A stretch of DNA of 64,000 nucleotides from Pseudomonadota bacterium (GCA_021324155.1 JAJPJQ010000014.1:1166-65165); one strand, 5' to 3'. Counted from the first letter of the stretch, positions 48,516-58,879 are shown. Notes: generated by a model from the sequence alone, not told the origin. Translations and numbers: made by a program.

Positions 48516-49885
48516 TATTTCAAAAAACCACATCCGGCCAACGAATAGGATGCTGGCTTGCAGCCGTTCTCGTGTCTACGTTGGTGCAGTGCGGCATTCC
48601 GGTCCGTCCTCAAGAAGTAATCGTCACAAAGGCTTCTGATTTTCGTCCGAGCGATCCGACCGACGTTCGTACGGTCGAGCAAGCGCTCGCGGCTATCATT
48701 AAGGTGTGCCGTGACGATTTGCATCTGCCGGTTGTCGATCCACTAAAAGTCGATTTGTTCCATAACAGCACATCCTATGCCTTCTTCCGTTATGGCCATG
48801 GATTGTTCCCGATCGATATCGGCAATCAGGTGGCTGCGGCAAAGCAGCAACAAATACTCATCGATCTGGGAAAGATCGACAGAGGCCAAGCATCTTCTAT
48901 TTTGCTGCTGGCCCATGAGTACGGTCACGTGATTCATTATGAAATTGCAGGTGAGCACGGACCGCCGACCTTTGTTTGGGAGGGTTTCGCCGACTGGGTA
49001 GCTGCAAAAGTGCTGGACTCATTAGGATGGCAAGATTACGAGACAAGCGTGCACGAGGCCCGGCGCGAAGTGCTGCGTCAATGGGCGTGGCTTCCGGAGA
49101 TACCTTACATTTTTAACAACGCGCAGTGGCGGCGCACGTTGAATCAAGACGCCGGCAGAGTCAGAACTTACGACCTGGCCTTCTTGACTATTGACTGGCT
49201 GAACCAAAGGAAGGGCTTTGCCGGCTTAAGGGAATTTCTTCTGCATGGAAGTTTCCAGGGCGCGTTCGGAATGACGGCCGAAGCTTTTGACGCAGTGCTA
49301 AAGAAGTCGTTGTCGGAAGCGGCGCCTAAAAAAACGTCTTTCAAAGTCCCTCGGCCGGAATGGAAGGTCGGCGACCGATGGACATATGCCGAGACAAATC
49401 ATGGACGGAAAAGGGTAGTCACCAAAGAGGTCGGCCGTGATGAAAAGTTTCGCGGCATCGATGTATTTGTGGTTAAAACCGAAGACGGCGAGAGTCTTTA
49501 CACAAAAAATGGACTTGGCTTCGTCGCTACGAGAAAGAACGGCAAAATCGCTTTGGAGGCTGACATTATCTACCCATTTGTCTTCTGGCCGCTGGAGCCC
49601 GATAAAGAAACGAGAATGCGCTTCACGGTTTGGAATGCAGCGGCGAACTCAAGCACGTTGTACAGACATGTAAAGGTTGCGGCGGGAAACGAGACAATTC
49701 ATGTCAGCGCCGGCGATTTCGATACCATCAAAATCGAGTCTTACGAGCGTTCAGGCGGCGGGTTGCGTGCGGAATACTGGTATTCACCAGAGGTGAAATG
49801 GTTCGTGAAGACGAGAGTGTACAGCGCTATGGGTGTCAAAGAAGAAGCACTTACCCAAGCGAATGTTTCCCCGACTATTGAATGA
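48512..49885 (+). CDS. Putative lipoprotein zinc metallopeptidase-like protein with C-terminal beta domain
   Basis: Lipobox-like Cys, AHEYGH plus a downstream EG (gluzincin-like), and AT-richer codons. The start is uncertain. Confidence 0.65.
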   Translation: MIFQKTTSGQRIGCWLAAVLVSTLVQCGIPVRPQEVIVTKASDFRPSDPTDVRTVEQALAAIIKVCRDDLHLPVVDPLKVDLFHNSTSYAFFRYGHGLFPIDIGNQVAAAKQQQILIDLGKIDRGQASSILLLAHEYGHVIHYEIAGEHGPPTFVWEGFADWVAAKVLDSLGWQDYETSVHEARREVLRQWAWLPEIPYIFNNAQWRRTLNQDAGRVRTYDLAFLTIDWLNQRKGFAGLREFLLHGSFQGAFGMTAEAFDAVLKKSLSEAAPKKTSFKVPRPEWKVGDRWTYAETNHGRKRVVTKEVGRDEKFRGIDVFVVKTEDGESLYTKNGLGFVATRKNGKIALEADIIYPFVFWPLEPDKETRMRFTVWNAAANSSTLYRHVKVAAGNETIHVSAGDFDTIKIESYERSGGGLRAEYWYSPEVKWFVKTRVYSAMGVKEEALTQANVSPTIE

Positions 49886-49890
49886 AATTA

Positions 49891-50601
49891 TTAAAATGTG
49901 TGGCCGCGCAGAAGGCATCCCAAAGCATCGTTGTTTACACTGCCCCCCAGCCGCCGCAAGCACGCCCAGAGCGTCGCCTGATTGCTCGTGACGACGGGCT
50001 TGCGAAGCTTTTCTTCCGTTGCGGCGATCGCTTCGATCATCGTCGTGTTTGTGCAACTCAACAAATAGCCGTCGGCGTCGTCGCGGCGGTTTTCCCAGGC
50101 GAGATCGCGCCAGCGCTCCGGCGCGACGGCGATGTAGTCGTCGCTCGCCGACAGGCCGTGGGCGAAATCGTGGATGACGTCGAAGCCTGCGGCGGTTAAA
50201 TACTCGATCTCTTCCTCGTTGGTTTTCTTCACGTAGGGGCTCAGCAGCACGAGCTTTTTTAGGCCGAGGTGGCGCAGCGCTTCGACGATCGCCTGGGCGG
50301 TCGTGAGCGCCGCGCAGCGCGATGCTTCAGCGATCGTGTCGACGACGGCTTTTTCGCCGTCGAGACCGGCCTCCATCGAGCTCGCCGTGCAATGAAAAAC
50401 GATCACGCCGGGCTTCGCGTCGGCGAGCGTCGTCGCCGCTTCCTTGATGACGGGCTTCAATTCCGCGAGCGGGCGGCGCCACTTGCCCGTCATGCGCAGC
50501 CGCGTGACGTGAATGCCGACGCCGGCCGGCGCGTAGCGGTGAAACTGCGGCTCGGTCAGCCGGTTGCTCGACGGGATGATCAGTCCGATGCGCGCGTTCA
50601 T
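49891..50601 (-). CDS. Maleate isomerase / arylmalonate decarboxylase (Asp/Glu racemase superfamily)
   Basis: IGLIIPSSN, HCT, SPY, SCTN and PVVTSNQA. Confidence 0.9.
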   Translation of the reverse strand: MNARIGLIIPSSNRLTEPQFHRYAPAGVGIHVTRLRMTGKWRRPLAELKPVIKEAATTLADAKPGVIVFHCTASSMEAGLDGEKAVVDTIAEASRCAALTTAQAIVEALRHLGLKKLVLLSPYVKKTNEEEIEYLTAAGFDVIHDFAHGLSASDDYIAVAPERWRDLAWENRRDDADGYLLSCTNTTMIEAIAATEEKLRKPVVTSNQATLWACLRRLGGSVNNDALGCLLRGHTF

Positions 50602-50602
50602 C

Positions 50603-51970
50603 TCAAGCCGCCTTGGCGACCGCGGGCTGGATGGACAGCGCGCGGTTTTTACGCACGATCAGCAGCGCCAGCGCAAGCCACACGAGCGTCATGATGATGT
50701 TGACGCGGGCAAAAGCGCCGGCGTCGAGCGCCAGACGAGCGCCGGCATAGACGAGGACCGCCGCCAGCACGTCGCCCGCGCGGACGAAGAACGTATCGAT
50801 CGCCGCCTTCGCCTTGTACTTCGCCTCGCGGCTGGTCGGGAGAAAAAGCGTCTGGTGTGTCGTGTTCTGGAGCGAATAGTTGGTCGAGTTCTCGGCGATC
50901 TTCGCGAAGCGAATGTAGCTCAGCATCGGCAGCGCGGCGATCAGCGAATAACCGCCGAGCGCGATCAGCGGCAGGCAAACGAGCGCGCCGGCGCCGAAGT
51001 ATTTTACGATCCGAGACACGAGCAGAAGCTGGATCAGCGCGGAGATTAGGCTTACCCAGAAATAAAAATTGCCGTAGAAGCGCCCGATGAACTCCCGGCG
51101 GATACTGGTTTCGCGCTCGGAAGCGGGGCCGGCGCGGTCGGCCGCGGCCTGCGCCAATGTTTCGCTCGGTTGCTGAGCGGCGTCCTGCGTGACGATTTTG
51201 CCCAGAATGTATTCGCCGGTCGTGTTGACGAGATTGAGCATGATCACCAACAGCGCGATGAGTGTGAGATAGGGCGTGCGCGTCACGAGATTGAAGCCGC
51301 CGGGCTTCCCGAGCGGCTCGTCCGCGTGCTCGTTTTTTGAGCCCGCGTGCCGGCCCGTCTTCCCACGGCGGTTCACCAGAATCGAGAAGCCGATGCAGAG
51401 GCAGAGAATGACGGCCGTGAGCGGTAGGAGCTGAAAGACACCGAGCGGCCGCATGAGCAAGCCCGCGAGCTTCGGACCGAGGATTGCTCCCAGCGAGCCG
51501 CCAAACGCGACGATGCCGAAGAGCCGCCGGCCCTGTTCCTGATCGTAGAGGTCGTTGGCGAACGCCCAGAACTGCGCGACGAGAAAGATGTTGAAGATCC
51601 CGACCCAGAGAAAGAATGGGATCGCGATCGACGCGCCGGCGCGCGCGAGCGCGTAAAAGATCAGCAGGTTGGAGATGAAAAACATCGTCACCCAAGAGAT
51701 CAGGCGGATGCGATTCAATTTGGTCGCGAGATATCCATAAGCCGGCACGACGAGGAACAAGAGCAGCGCCTGGCCTGCGGAGGCGTAGGTCTTCACCTCG
51801 GCGCCGCCGCCGGTGAGAATCAGCGGCTCGCGCACCGTCTTGATGATGAGATAAGCCGTGAGGAGAAAAAATAAATTCAGCATCAGCAGCAGAGCCGTCC
51901 ACGCCTCGCCCGCGCGCACGTCCGCGAACAGGCTGAAGAAGCGATCGAGCGCGGACTTCCGCTGTGCCAT
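50603..51970 (-). CDS. NTT/TLC-like (Npt1/Npt2-related) MFS transporter
   Basis: YLIIKTVRE, QFWAFANDL and KYKAKAAIDTFFVRAGD, with about 12 TM helices. Confidence 0.85.
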   Translation of the reverse strand: MAQRKSALDRFFSLFADVRAGEAWTALLLMLNLFFLLTAYLIIKTVREPLILTGGGAEVKTYASAGQALLLFLVVPAYGYLATKLNRIRLISWVTMFFISNLLIFYALARAGASIAIPFFLWVGIFNIFLVAQFWAFANDLYDQEQGRRLFGIVAFGGSLGAILGPKLAGLLMRPLGVFQLLPLTAVILCLCIGFSILVNRRGKTGRHAGSKNEHADEPLGKPGGFNLVTRTPYLTLIALLVIMLNLVNTTGEYILGKIVTQDAAQQPSETLAQAAADRAGPASERETSIRREFIGRFYGNFYFWVSLISALIQLLLVSRIVKYFGAGALVCLPLIALGGYSLIAALPMLSYIRFAKIAENSTNYSLQNTTHQTLFLPTSREAKYKAKAAIDTFFVRAGDVLAAVLVYAGARLALDAGAFARVNIIMTLVWLALALLIVRKNRALSIQPAVAKAA

Positions 51971-51973
51971 GAG

Positions 51974-53059
51974 CTATTCGGGCTTCAGGTTGTAGAAGCG
52001 CTGCCCGTTCTTGTAGAGCACCGCGGCCTTGTCGTCGGCGGTGAGCTCCGGGTTCTCCATCACCTCTTCGAGCTCGTGCTTGCAGAATTCGTTGTTCACC
52101 TCGTGGGGAAAGTCCGACGAGTAGATGAACGGCGAGTTGCCGACGCGCTTGATCGCGTGGCCGAGGTCGGGCTCGCTGCCTTCGCAGCCGACGAAAATCC
52201 TCCCGGCCTTGAGATGGCGGACGACGTAGTCGCTCACCCGCTCGCCCTTTTGCAGCTGCAAAAACTCGCCGCGCGGGTCGTGCTGGATGTGCGTCTCGTA
52301 CGAGCGGTCGAAGCGCTCGAGGCAGAGCAGCAGCCAGGCGACGCCGCCTTCCATGAAGCCGACCTTCACGTTCGGATACTTGTCGAAAATGCCGTTGAAG
52401 ACGATGCCGGCGAAGCTGATCATGAGCCCGAACGGATGGCCGAGCGCGTGCACCGGCGCGTACGGATTCAAATCGTCCATCCCAAGGTTCTCGTGCGCGC
52501 CGCCGTGGATGCCGATCGCGCAGCCGAGGCGCTCCGCCTCGGCGTAGATCGGCCAGTAGAGCTTGTGGCCGAGATTGAACTGAAATCCGGTCGAAGGCAG
52601 CATCACGCCGCAGAGGCCCAGCTCTTTCACGCAGCGCCGGAGCTCCTCGACGGCGGCGTCGGGCTCTTGGAGTGGGATAAGCCCCATGCCCTGAAAGCGC
52701 GGGCTGCGCTTGACGTATTCGCGCGCGAGCCAGTCGTTGTACGCGCGCGCGAGGTCGATCGCCCAGTCGCGGCTCACGATCTTGCCGTAGGCCAGTCCGC
52801 GCGTCGTATAGAGCACCGTCGCCTGGATGCCGACGTCCTCTAAAAATTCCATCCATTCCGGCGGGCCGGCGTTTCGGAAAGAGCCGGGCGGCAGATCGTG
52901 CAGGTTGGCGGAGTGCAGATGGTCGAGCGGCGGAAACGGATCGAAGACGCGGTTCGTGCCGATTTTTTTCCGGTAGCGCTCGGGCATCAAGCTCGCGATC
53001 GCGTCCAGGTCTTCGACGACGTGCCCGTCGCCGTCCACGATGATGCTGTTCGTTGTCAT
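51974..53059 (-). CDS. Amidohydrolase_2 family protein
   Basis: VDGDGH, RAYNDW, GIHGG, FMEGG and SSDFPHE. Confidence 0.9.
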   Translation of the reverse strand: MTTNSIIVDGDGHVVEDLDAIASLMPERYRKKIGTNRVFDPFPPLDHLHSANLHDLPPGSFRNAGPPEWMEFLEDVGIQATVLYTTRGLAYGKIVSRDWAIDLARAYNDWLAREYVKRSPRFQGMGLIPLQEPDAAVEELRRCVKELGLCGVMLPSTGFQFNLGHKLYWPIYAEAERLGCAIGIHGGAHENLGMDDLNPYAPVHALGHPFGLMISFAGIVFNGIFDKYPNVKVGFMEGGVAWLLLCLERFDRSYETHIQHDPRGEFLQLQKGERVSDYVVRHLKAGRIFVGCEGSEPDLGHAIKRVGNSPFIYSSDFPHEVNNEFCKHELEEVMENPELTADDKAAVLYKNGQRFYNLKPE

Positions 53060-53082
53060 AGCTTCCTCCCGCTCAGATTAAA

Positions 53083-54027
53083 CTAGCGCGCGCCCGGCAG
53101 CAAAGAAAAGTCGAGAAATTTCTGCGCATCGACATCGGCCGCGATCGGCCGCTCCTGGCGTAGAATATCCAGATAACCGCGCGCGACCTTCACATCCATG
53201 CGGCCGTCTTTCGTCAAAAGGGTCGTCAGCGTCTCGTACGTGCGCCCGGCTTCGGCCGGCGTCACCTTGAACTTGTCCGCGAGCATTCTGACCGATTCGT
53301 CGCGGTGCGCGCGCACCCACGCGGCGCCTTCGAGCACGACCGCGATCGTCTTCTGCACCAGTTCGCGCCGCGTTTTCATTTCGGCCTGCGAGGTGACTAG
53401 GCCGACATAGGGCACGTCGGCGAGGTCGCCGAGGAACTGAAACTTTTTAAATCCGAGCGTCACCGCCTTGTCGTCGAACGGCGGCGTCAGCACTGCGCCC
53501 GCGACCTGATGGCTCGTCAGCGCGGCGAAGCTCGAAGCGGTGCCGCCGGTCGAGATGAGCGAGACGTCCTTCTCCGGAATCTCCCATTTTTTCAGCGCGG
53601 CGAGAAGATAGTAGTGTGGCGAGTTGCGGATGCCGGAGATCGCCACGCTTTTGCCGACGAGGTCGTGTGGCTTGGCGATCTCCTTGCCGGTGACGAGAAT
53701 CCACGGGCTGCCGTTATACAGGTTGAGGGCGATGACGAGCGGGAGCCCGCTGACCGCGGCCGAGATGCCCGTCGAGGGCGAAGTAAAGAAGTCGATATTC
53801 CCGTTGATCACCGCCTGCGGCATGATGCCGGTGCGCATCTGAATGTATTCGGCTTCGAGGCCGGCCTTCTTGATCAGTCCTTTTTCCTGCGCCACGTAAA
53901 ACGGCATGTACGAGAACGCGAGCGAGGGAAACGCGATGCGGATTTTTTGTGCAGTGTCGGCGGCCCACGCGCCACTCGCCGCGAGCACAATGAAGACAAG
54001 AATCGCGGGAACGCTCTTCGCGTTCAT
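53083..54027 (-). CDS. ABC solute-binding protein (SsuA/NMT1-like), orphan
   Basis: Signal peptide, PFYVAQEKG and DLVGKSVAIS. Confidence 0.85.
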   Translation of the reverse strand: MNAKSVPAILVFIVLAASGAWAADTAQKIRIAFPSLAFSYMPFYVAQEKGLIKKAGLEAEYIQMRTGIMPQAVINGNIDFFTSPSTGISAAVSGLPLVIALNLYNGSPWILVTGKEIAKPHDLVGKSVAISGIRNSPHYYLLAALKKWEIPEKDVSLISTGGTASSFAALTSHQVAGAVLTPPFDDKAVTLGFKKFQFLGDLADVPYVGLVTSQAEMKTRRELVQKTIAVVLEGAAWVRAHRDESVRMLADKFKVTPAEAGRTYETLTTLLTKDGRMDVKVARGYLDILRQERPIAADVDAQKFLDFSLLPGAR

Positions 54028-55217
54028 CCCGCGGCCCGCTTTCCGTTCGCCCAGCTTTCGCGCGCGATATTGAGCGCGCGCGGCCGCGGCAGATCCTTCA
54101 GCGCGAAGAAGTCGACGGCGTTCTGATAGAGAACGCGTTTGCGCTGCTCGTCGTTCAGATCGCGCGCGTCGGCGATGTCCTTCACCGAGTAGGGGAAATG
54201 GCAGTCCCAATGGCAGTAGTCCGACGCGTAGAGCACCGTGCCTGTTCCGGCGGCGTCGAGCACACGGTCGAGGCCGCTCTCTTCCGACTCGCAGGAGACC
54301 ACGAGCTGATCGCTCTTGATAATCTCGCTCGGCCGGCGCTTGAGCGCCGGCATCTGCGGCGCGAGCTTTTCGACGTGCTCGTCGAGGCGCTCCATCCAGT
54401 AGGGCAGCCAGCCCGCGCCGCCTTCCATATAGGCGACTCTCAAGCGCGGGAAGCGGTCGAAGACGCCTTCCCCGATCATATGCATCATCGCGATCATGAG
54501 CTCGAAAGGAAACGCTGTCATATGGACGTAGGTATACTTCGTGAAGCGTCGGCTGCCCGCGCCCATGACGCCGGAGACGCCGGGCACGCCGTCGTGGCCG
54601 GTCTGCGGATGGACGCTGAGGGTCATTCCGATCTTTTCGGCGGCGTCGTAGATGGGAAAGAACATCTCGTCGCCCATGTTGCGGCCGTAGACGTTCGTGG
54701 GGAGCATCGCCGAGATCGCGCCCCTGTCGGCGAGGAATTCGAGCTCTTTGACTGCCGCGTCCGGCAACTGGCAGGGAATCAAGCCGACAGCTTTGAGGCG
54801 CGCCGGGTCGGCCGCGCAGTATTCCAGCAGCCACTCGTTCACCGAGCGGCAGAGCGCCGCGGCGAACTCACCGTTCATAAGCCCGTTGACCGTGAGCGCG
54901 ACCTGCGTGCCGAATAAGATCGCGACGTCGATGCCCTCGAGATCCATGTCCTCGAGCCGCGCCTTCGCGTTCGTCATTCCCGGGCGCGTCTTCCGTGCCT
55001 TGTCGGTCATCGGCCCGGTAACGCCCGGGCCCGGACCTTCCGAAGTCGGCCAGATGCGCCCTTCAAGCATCATGCGCATGTGGCCTTTGTTGTCGCGCAG
55101 CCTGACCGGCGCCTGCGCGCGCCATTTCTCAGGCAGATAGGGCTTCAGATCGACGTCGCCCTCGTTGACGTGGCCGTCGGCGTCGATCACCAAAGTTTCA
55201 TCGAAATTTGTCGCCAT
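54024..55217 (-). CDS. Amidohydrolase_2 family protein
   Basis: IDADGH, DMDLEGID, SVH, YMEGGAGW and ASDYCHWD. It is preceded by TTGACA-N17-TATGTT and an RBS. Confidence 0.9.
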   Translation of the reverse strand: MATNFDETLVIDADGHVNEGDVDLKPYLPEKWRAQAPVRLRDNKGHMRMMLEGRIWPTSEGPGPGVTGPMTDKARKTRPGMTNAKARLEDMDLEGIDVAILFGTQVALTVNGLMNGEFAAALCRSVNEWLLEYCAADPARLKAVGLIPCQLPDAAVKELEFLADRGAISAMLPTNVYGRNMGDEMFFPIYDAAEKIGMTLSVHPQTGHDGVPGVSGVMGAGSRRFTKYTYVHMTAFPFELMIAMMHMIGEGVFDRFPRLRVAYMEGGAGWLPYWMERLDEHVEKLAPQMPALKRRPSEIIKSDQLVVSCESEESGLDRVLDAAGTGTVLYASDYCHWDCHFPYSVKDIADARDLNDEQRKRVLYQNAVDFFALKDLPRPRALNIARESWANGKRAAG

Positions 55218-55305
55218 GGTGTTCTCCCCGCTAGGTGGAACATAGTCGCTCTTTCGGGTCGTGTCAAAGCAGCGCAAGTAGTTGATCTAAGCGGACTTAT
55301 CGGCT

Positions 55306-56526
55306 ATGCAGGCAGTGGTGGTCGACACTTTTTTGCAAGCAATTCGCGACGGCAAAACGCCTTCGCGCGAGGAAGCGCTGCGCCTGGCGAACGCGCGCGG
55401 CGACGAGCTGGAGCAACTGCTGGAAACGGCCGCCGCTCTGCGCGACCGGCACAAAGGCAGAACGATTACGTTCTCGCCGAAGATTTTCATCCCGCTGACG
55501 AATCTCTGCCGCGATTTTTGCGGCTACTGCACGTTCCGCAAAGCGCCGGACGAAGCGGGCGCGAAAACGATGTCGATCGACGAAGTCCTCGCGGTCGCGC
55601 GTCGAGGAAAACTCCTCGGCTGCACCGAGGCGCTCTTCAGCCTCGGCGACAAGCCCGAGGCGATCTACCCCGAGATGAAGACGTTCCTGGCGCAATTCGG
55701 GCTGAAACGCACGCTCGATTATCTGTACGACGCATGCAAAACAGCTCTGGAACAAATTGGAATTCTGCCGCACGCGAATCCCGGCATCATGGGAGCGGGC
55801 GATCTCAAGCGCTTGAAAGAGGTCAACCCGAGCATGGGACTGATGCTCGAAAGCACGAGCTCGCGGCTCATGCTGCCGGGCGGCGCGCACGACAACGCGC
55901 CGGACAAGAAGCCTTCGCTCAGACTGCGGACGATAGCGGAAGCCGGCAAGGTCCGCATCCCGTTCACCACGGGAATTCTCATCGGCATCGGCGAGAGCTG
56001 GGAAGATCGCATCGATTCGCTATTCGCCATCCGCGAGCTGAACGAGCGCTACGGCCATATTCAGGAAGTCATCGTGCAGAACTTCCGCCCGAAGGCGGAG
56101 ATTCCGATGCGCGACCGGCCGGAGCCTGATCGCGTCGACATGCTGAAGACGATCGCGCTTGCGCGGCTCATTCTCGGCGGCGCGATGAACCTGCAGGCCC
56201 CGCCGAACCTCACGCCCGAGGGATATCCGATGTATCTCCGCGCGGGCATCAACGACTGGGGCGGCGTCTCGCCGCTGACGCCCGACTTCATCAATCCCGA
56301 AGCGCCGTGGCCGGCGCTGGTCGAATTAGAAAAGCGCACGCGCGAAGCGGGCTACGCGCTGCGCGCGCGCCTTCCTATTTATCCCGAATTTATCACCAAC
56401 GAATTCGTGCCTGCGGGACTGCGGCCGCACATTGAGGATCTCTCCGGGCCGGACGGGCTGGTCCAGGAAAGAATTGAGCGCAGGATGCTGCCGCGCGCCG
56501 GTGCAGAGAGCGCGGTGCATTCGTGA
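55306..56526 (+). CDS. cofG: FO synthase subunit 1 (radical SAM)
   Basis: IPLTNLCRDFCGYCTF, PHANPG, SMGLMLES, QAPPNL and INDWGGVSP. Confidence 0.95.
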   Translation: MQAVVVDTFLQAIRDGKTPSREEALRLANARGDELEQLLETAAALRDRHKGRTITFSPKIFIPLTNLCRDFCGYCTFRKAPDEAGAKTMSIDEVLAVARRGKLLGCTEALFSLGDKPEAIYPEMKTFLAQFGLKRTLDYLYDACKTALEQIGILPHANPGIMGAGDLKRLKEVNPSMGLMLESTSSRLMLPGGAHDNAPDKKPSLRLRTIAEAGKVRIPFTTGILIGIGESWEDRIDSLFAIRELNERYGHIQEVIVQNFRPKAEIPMRDRPEPDRVDMLKTIALARLILGGAMNLQAPPNLTPEGYPMYLRAGINDWGGVSPLTPDFINPEAPWPALVELEKRTREAGYALRARLPIYPEFITNEFVPAGLRPHIEDLSGPDGLVQERIERRMLPRAGAESAVHS

Positions 56527-57446
56527 CGCTCGCGATTCTCACGGGCGGCACGGGCGGTGCGAAGCTCGTCGAAGGCTTGTCGCATGAGGCGGCGCCGGAA
56601 GAGCTCGCGATAATCTGCAACACCGGCGACGATGTTGTTTTGCACGGGCTTCATATATCGCCCGATCTCGACACGATCGCGTACACGCTCGCCGGGATCG
56701 TCGACAAAGAAAAAGGCTGGGGCGTCGCAGGCGATACCTTCTCGGCGCTCGAATTGCTCGGCAAATACGGCGAGGAGAACTGGTTCAAGCTCGGCGACCG
56801 CGACCTCGCGCGCCACATCGCACGCACGCGCATGCTGCGCGAGGGCGCAACGCTAGCGGAGGCGACGGCGCGCCTTTCCGCCGCGCTTGGAATCTCGTCG
56901 CAGCTCTTGCCGATGTCGAACGACCGCGTCGAGACCCGCGTGAAAACACCCGAGGGAGAAATCTCGTTCCAGGAATACTTCGTGAAACGCCGCTGGGCGG
57001 TCGATGTGAGCGGCGTCGTATATAAGGACGCGGAGAAAAGCCGGCCGGCGCCGGGTGTGATGGACTGGATCCACGGTGCCGCCGCGGTGATTGTCTGCCC
57101 GAGCAATCCGGTCACGAGCATCGGGCCGATCCTCTCCGTTCCGGGAATTCGCAAGGCTTTGAAAGGGACGCGTAAACCGGTGATAGCGGTGAGTCCGATT
57201 ATCGCGGGCGCTCCGGTTGCGGGACCGACCGATAAGCTCATGGCCGCCGTCGGTGTCGAGCCATCGGTTTTCGGCGTAGCGAAAAATTACGCCGACTTCC
57301 TCGATATTCTCGTACTCGCGCCCGAGGACCGCAACTGGCGCACGCGTATCGAAGCGGTCGGCGTCCAGACCGTCGAGCAGCCGATCCGCATGAACGATCT
57401 CGAGGACAAACGGCGGCTCGCGCGCGAGCTGCTGGCATTGCTGTGA
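56523..57446 (+). CDS. cofD: 2-phospho-L-lactate transferase
   Basis: GGTGGAK, NTGDD, SPDLD, LGDRD, FQEYFV and PSNPVTSI. Confidence 0.96.
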   Translation: MTLAILTGGTGGAKLVEGLSHEAAPEELAIICNTGDDVVLHGLHISPDLDTIAYTLAGIVDKEKGWGVAGDTFSALELLGKYGEENWFKLGDRDLARHIARTRMLREGATLAEATARLSAALGISSQLLPMSNDRVETRVKTPEGEISFQEYFVKRRWAVDVSGVVYKDAEKSRPAPGVMDWIHGAAAVIVCPSNPVTSIGPILSVPGIRKALKGTRKPVIAVSPIIAGAPVAGPTDKLMAAVGVEPSVFGVAKNYADFLDILVLAPEDRNWRTRIEAVGVQTVEQPIRMNDLEDKRRLARELLALL

Positions 57447-58117
57447 AAATCGCGGCTCTTATACCCGCGAAAGGGTTCGCCAACGCGAAGCAGCGTCTGT
57501 CGGCGTGGCTTTCGGCCGAGGAGCGTGCGCTGCTCGCCGAGACGATGCTGCGTGACGTGCTCGCGGAAACACTGGCCGCGCAGGGTCTCGAAGCCGTTTA
57601 CGTCGTGACGGGAAACGCGCGCGTGCGGACGATCGCCGATGTGCTCGGCGCGCAGGTGATCGTCGAAGAAGAAGAAACCGGCGAAACCGGCGCGGTGACG
57701 TTCGCACTCGCCGAGCTCAAGCGACGCGGCTTCGACGCGGCGCTTATAATACCAGCGGACATGCCGCTCGTGCGCGCGGCGGATATCGAGACCGTCGTCG
57801 CCGAGGTGCCGCGGGGGGAGAATCGATTCGCTTTACTGGTTCCCTCGCACGACCGGCTGGGGACGAATGCGCTTCTGCTCGCGCCGCCCGATGCCATCGG
57901 GTTACGCTTCGGCTACGACAGCTTCACGTATCACGTCCGCCAGGCGGTCGACCGCGGCCTGCCGCTGAAGCTCGTCGAGAATGAGCGCATCGCGCTCGAT
58001 ATCGACGAGCCGCAGGATATGCAGCGATTTCTCGCCAGCGGCGGCGGCCCGGGCGCGACCTATGCCCGCGTGATGGAAATGAGAGCGGCGGCGCGCGGGA
58101 CCGGCGGGCCGTCGTGA
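57443..58117 (+). CDS. cofC: 2-phospho-L-lactate/PEP guanylyltransferase
   Basis: PAKGFANAKQRL, ADMP, GTNAL, FGYDSF and DIDEP. Confidence 0.93.
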   Translation: MKIAALIPAKGFANAKQRLSAWLSAEERALLAETMLRDVLAETLAAQGLEAVYVVTGNARVRTIADVLGAQVIVEEEETGETGAVTFALAELKRRGFDAALIIPADMPLVRAADIETVVAEVPRGENRFALLVPSHDRLGTNALLLAPPDAIGLRFGYDSFTYHVRQAVDRGLPLKLVENERIALDIDEPQDMQRFLASGGGPGATYARVMEMRAAARGTGGPS

Positions 58118-58863
58118 GCCGTCTGGAAATCATCGGCGTTGAAGGCATCGATGAGGCGCGCCGCGGGGACTCGATCGGCGCGCTGATCGCCGAGGCATGC
58201 GCGCGCCAGAACGTCGCGCTCGCGCGCGGCGACGTTTTCGTCGTCGCGCACAAGATAGTCTCCAAGGCCGAGGGGCGGATCGTCCGCCTCGCCGATGTCG
58301 AGGCGTCGCCGCGCGCCGTCGAGCTCGGCCGCGAGCTCGGCAAAGACGCGCGGCTGGTGGAAATCATTTTGCGCGAGAGCCGGCGCGTCGTGCGCACCGG
58401 CGGCAACGCGCTGATCGTCGAGACGCATCACGGCTTTGTCTGCGCCAACGCGGGTGTCGATCTCTCGAACGTTGGGTTAGAGCAGGCGGCGCTGCTGCCG
58501 CGCGATCCCGACGCGTCGGCGCGAGAAATTCGCGCGGAGATCGAGCGGCGTACGGGCATCACGCCGGGCGTGATCATCAGCGACAGCTTCGGCCGGGCCT
58601 GGCGCTTGGGGACCGTCGATATCGCGGTCGGTGTTGCCGGGCTCGCGCCCATTAAGGACGAGCGCGGCACGAGCGACAGCTACGGCTACGAACTGCGGGC
58701 AGCCGTATGCGCAGTCGCCGACGAGCTTGCGGCAGCGGCCGAGCTGGCGATGGGGAAAAAAGACCGGATACCGGTCGTATTAATTAAGGGCTACGAAGGA
58801 AAGGGGGAGGATGGATCCGCGAAAGAGCTGCTGCGGCCGGAAGCCGAAGACCTCTTTCGCTGA
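58114..58863 (+). CDS. cofE: Coenzyme F420-0:L-glutamate ligase
   Basis: KIVSKAEG, CANAGVDLSN, SDSFGRAWR and DLFR. Confidence 0.96.
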   Translation: MSRLEIIGVEGIDEARRGDSIGALIAEACARQNVALARGDVFVVAHKIVSKAEGRIVRLADVEASPRAVELGRELGKDARLVEIILRESRRVVRTGGNALIVETHHGFVCANAGVDLSNVGLEQAALLPRDPDASAREIRAEIERRTGITPGVIISDSFGRAWRLGTVDIAVGVAGLAPIKDERGTSDSYGYELRAAVCAVADELAAAAELAMGKKDRIPVVLIKGYEGKGEDGSAKELLRPEAEDLFR

Positions 58864-58879
58864 GGATTTCTGAACATCT

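Noticed and set aside
46314-49885. recD2 plus adjacent HExxH gene as an anti-phage defence system
   Set aside because: RecD2 looks like the ordinary housekeeping type, the neighbour appears exported, and no nuclease or other defence domains are present.
53083-54834. 583-aa apparent fusion upstream of the SBP
   Set aside because: The N-terminal part is an off-frame reading of the amidohydrolase gene. The real SBP starts at 54027 with a signal peptide.
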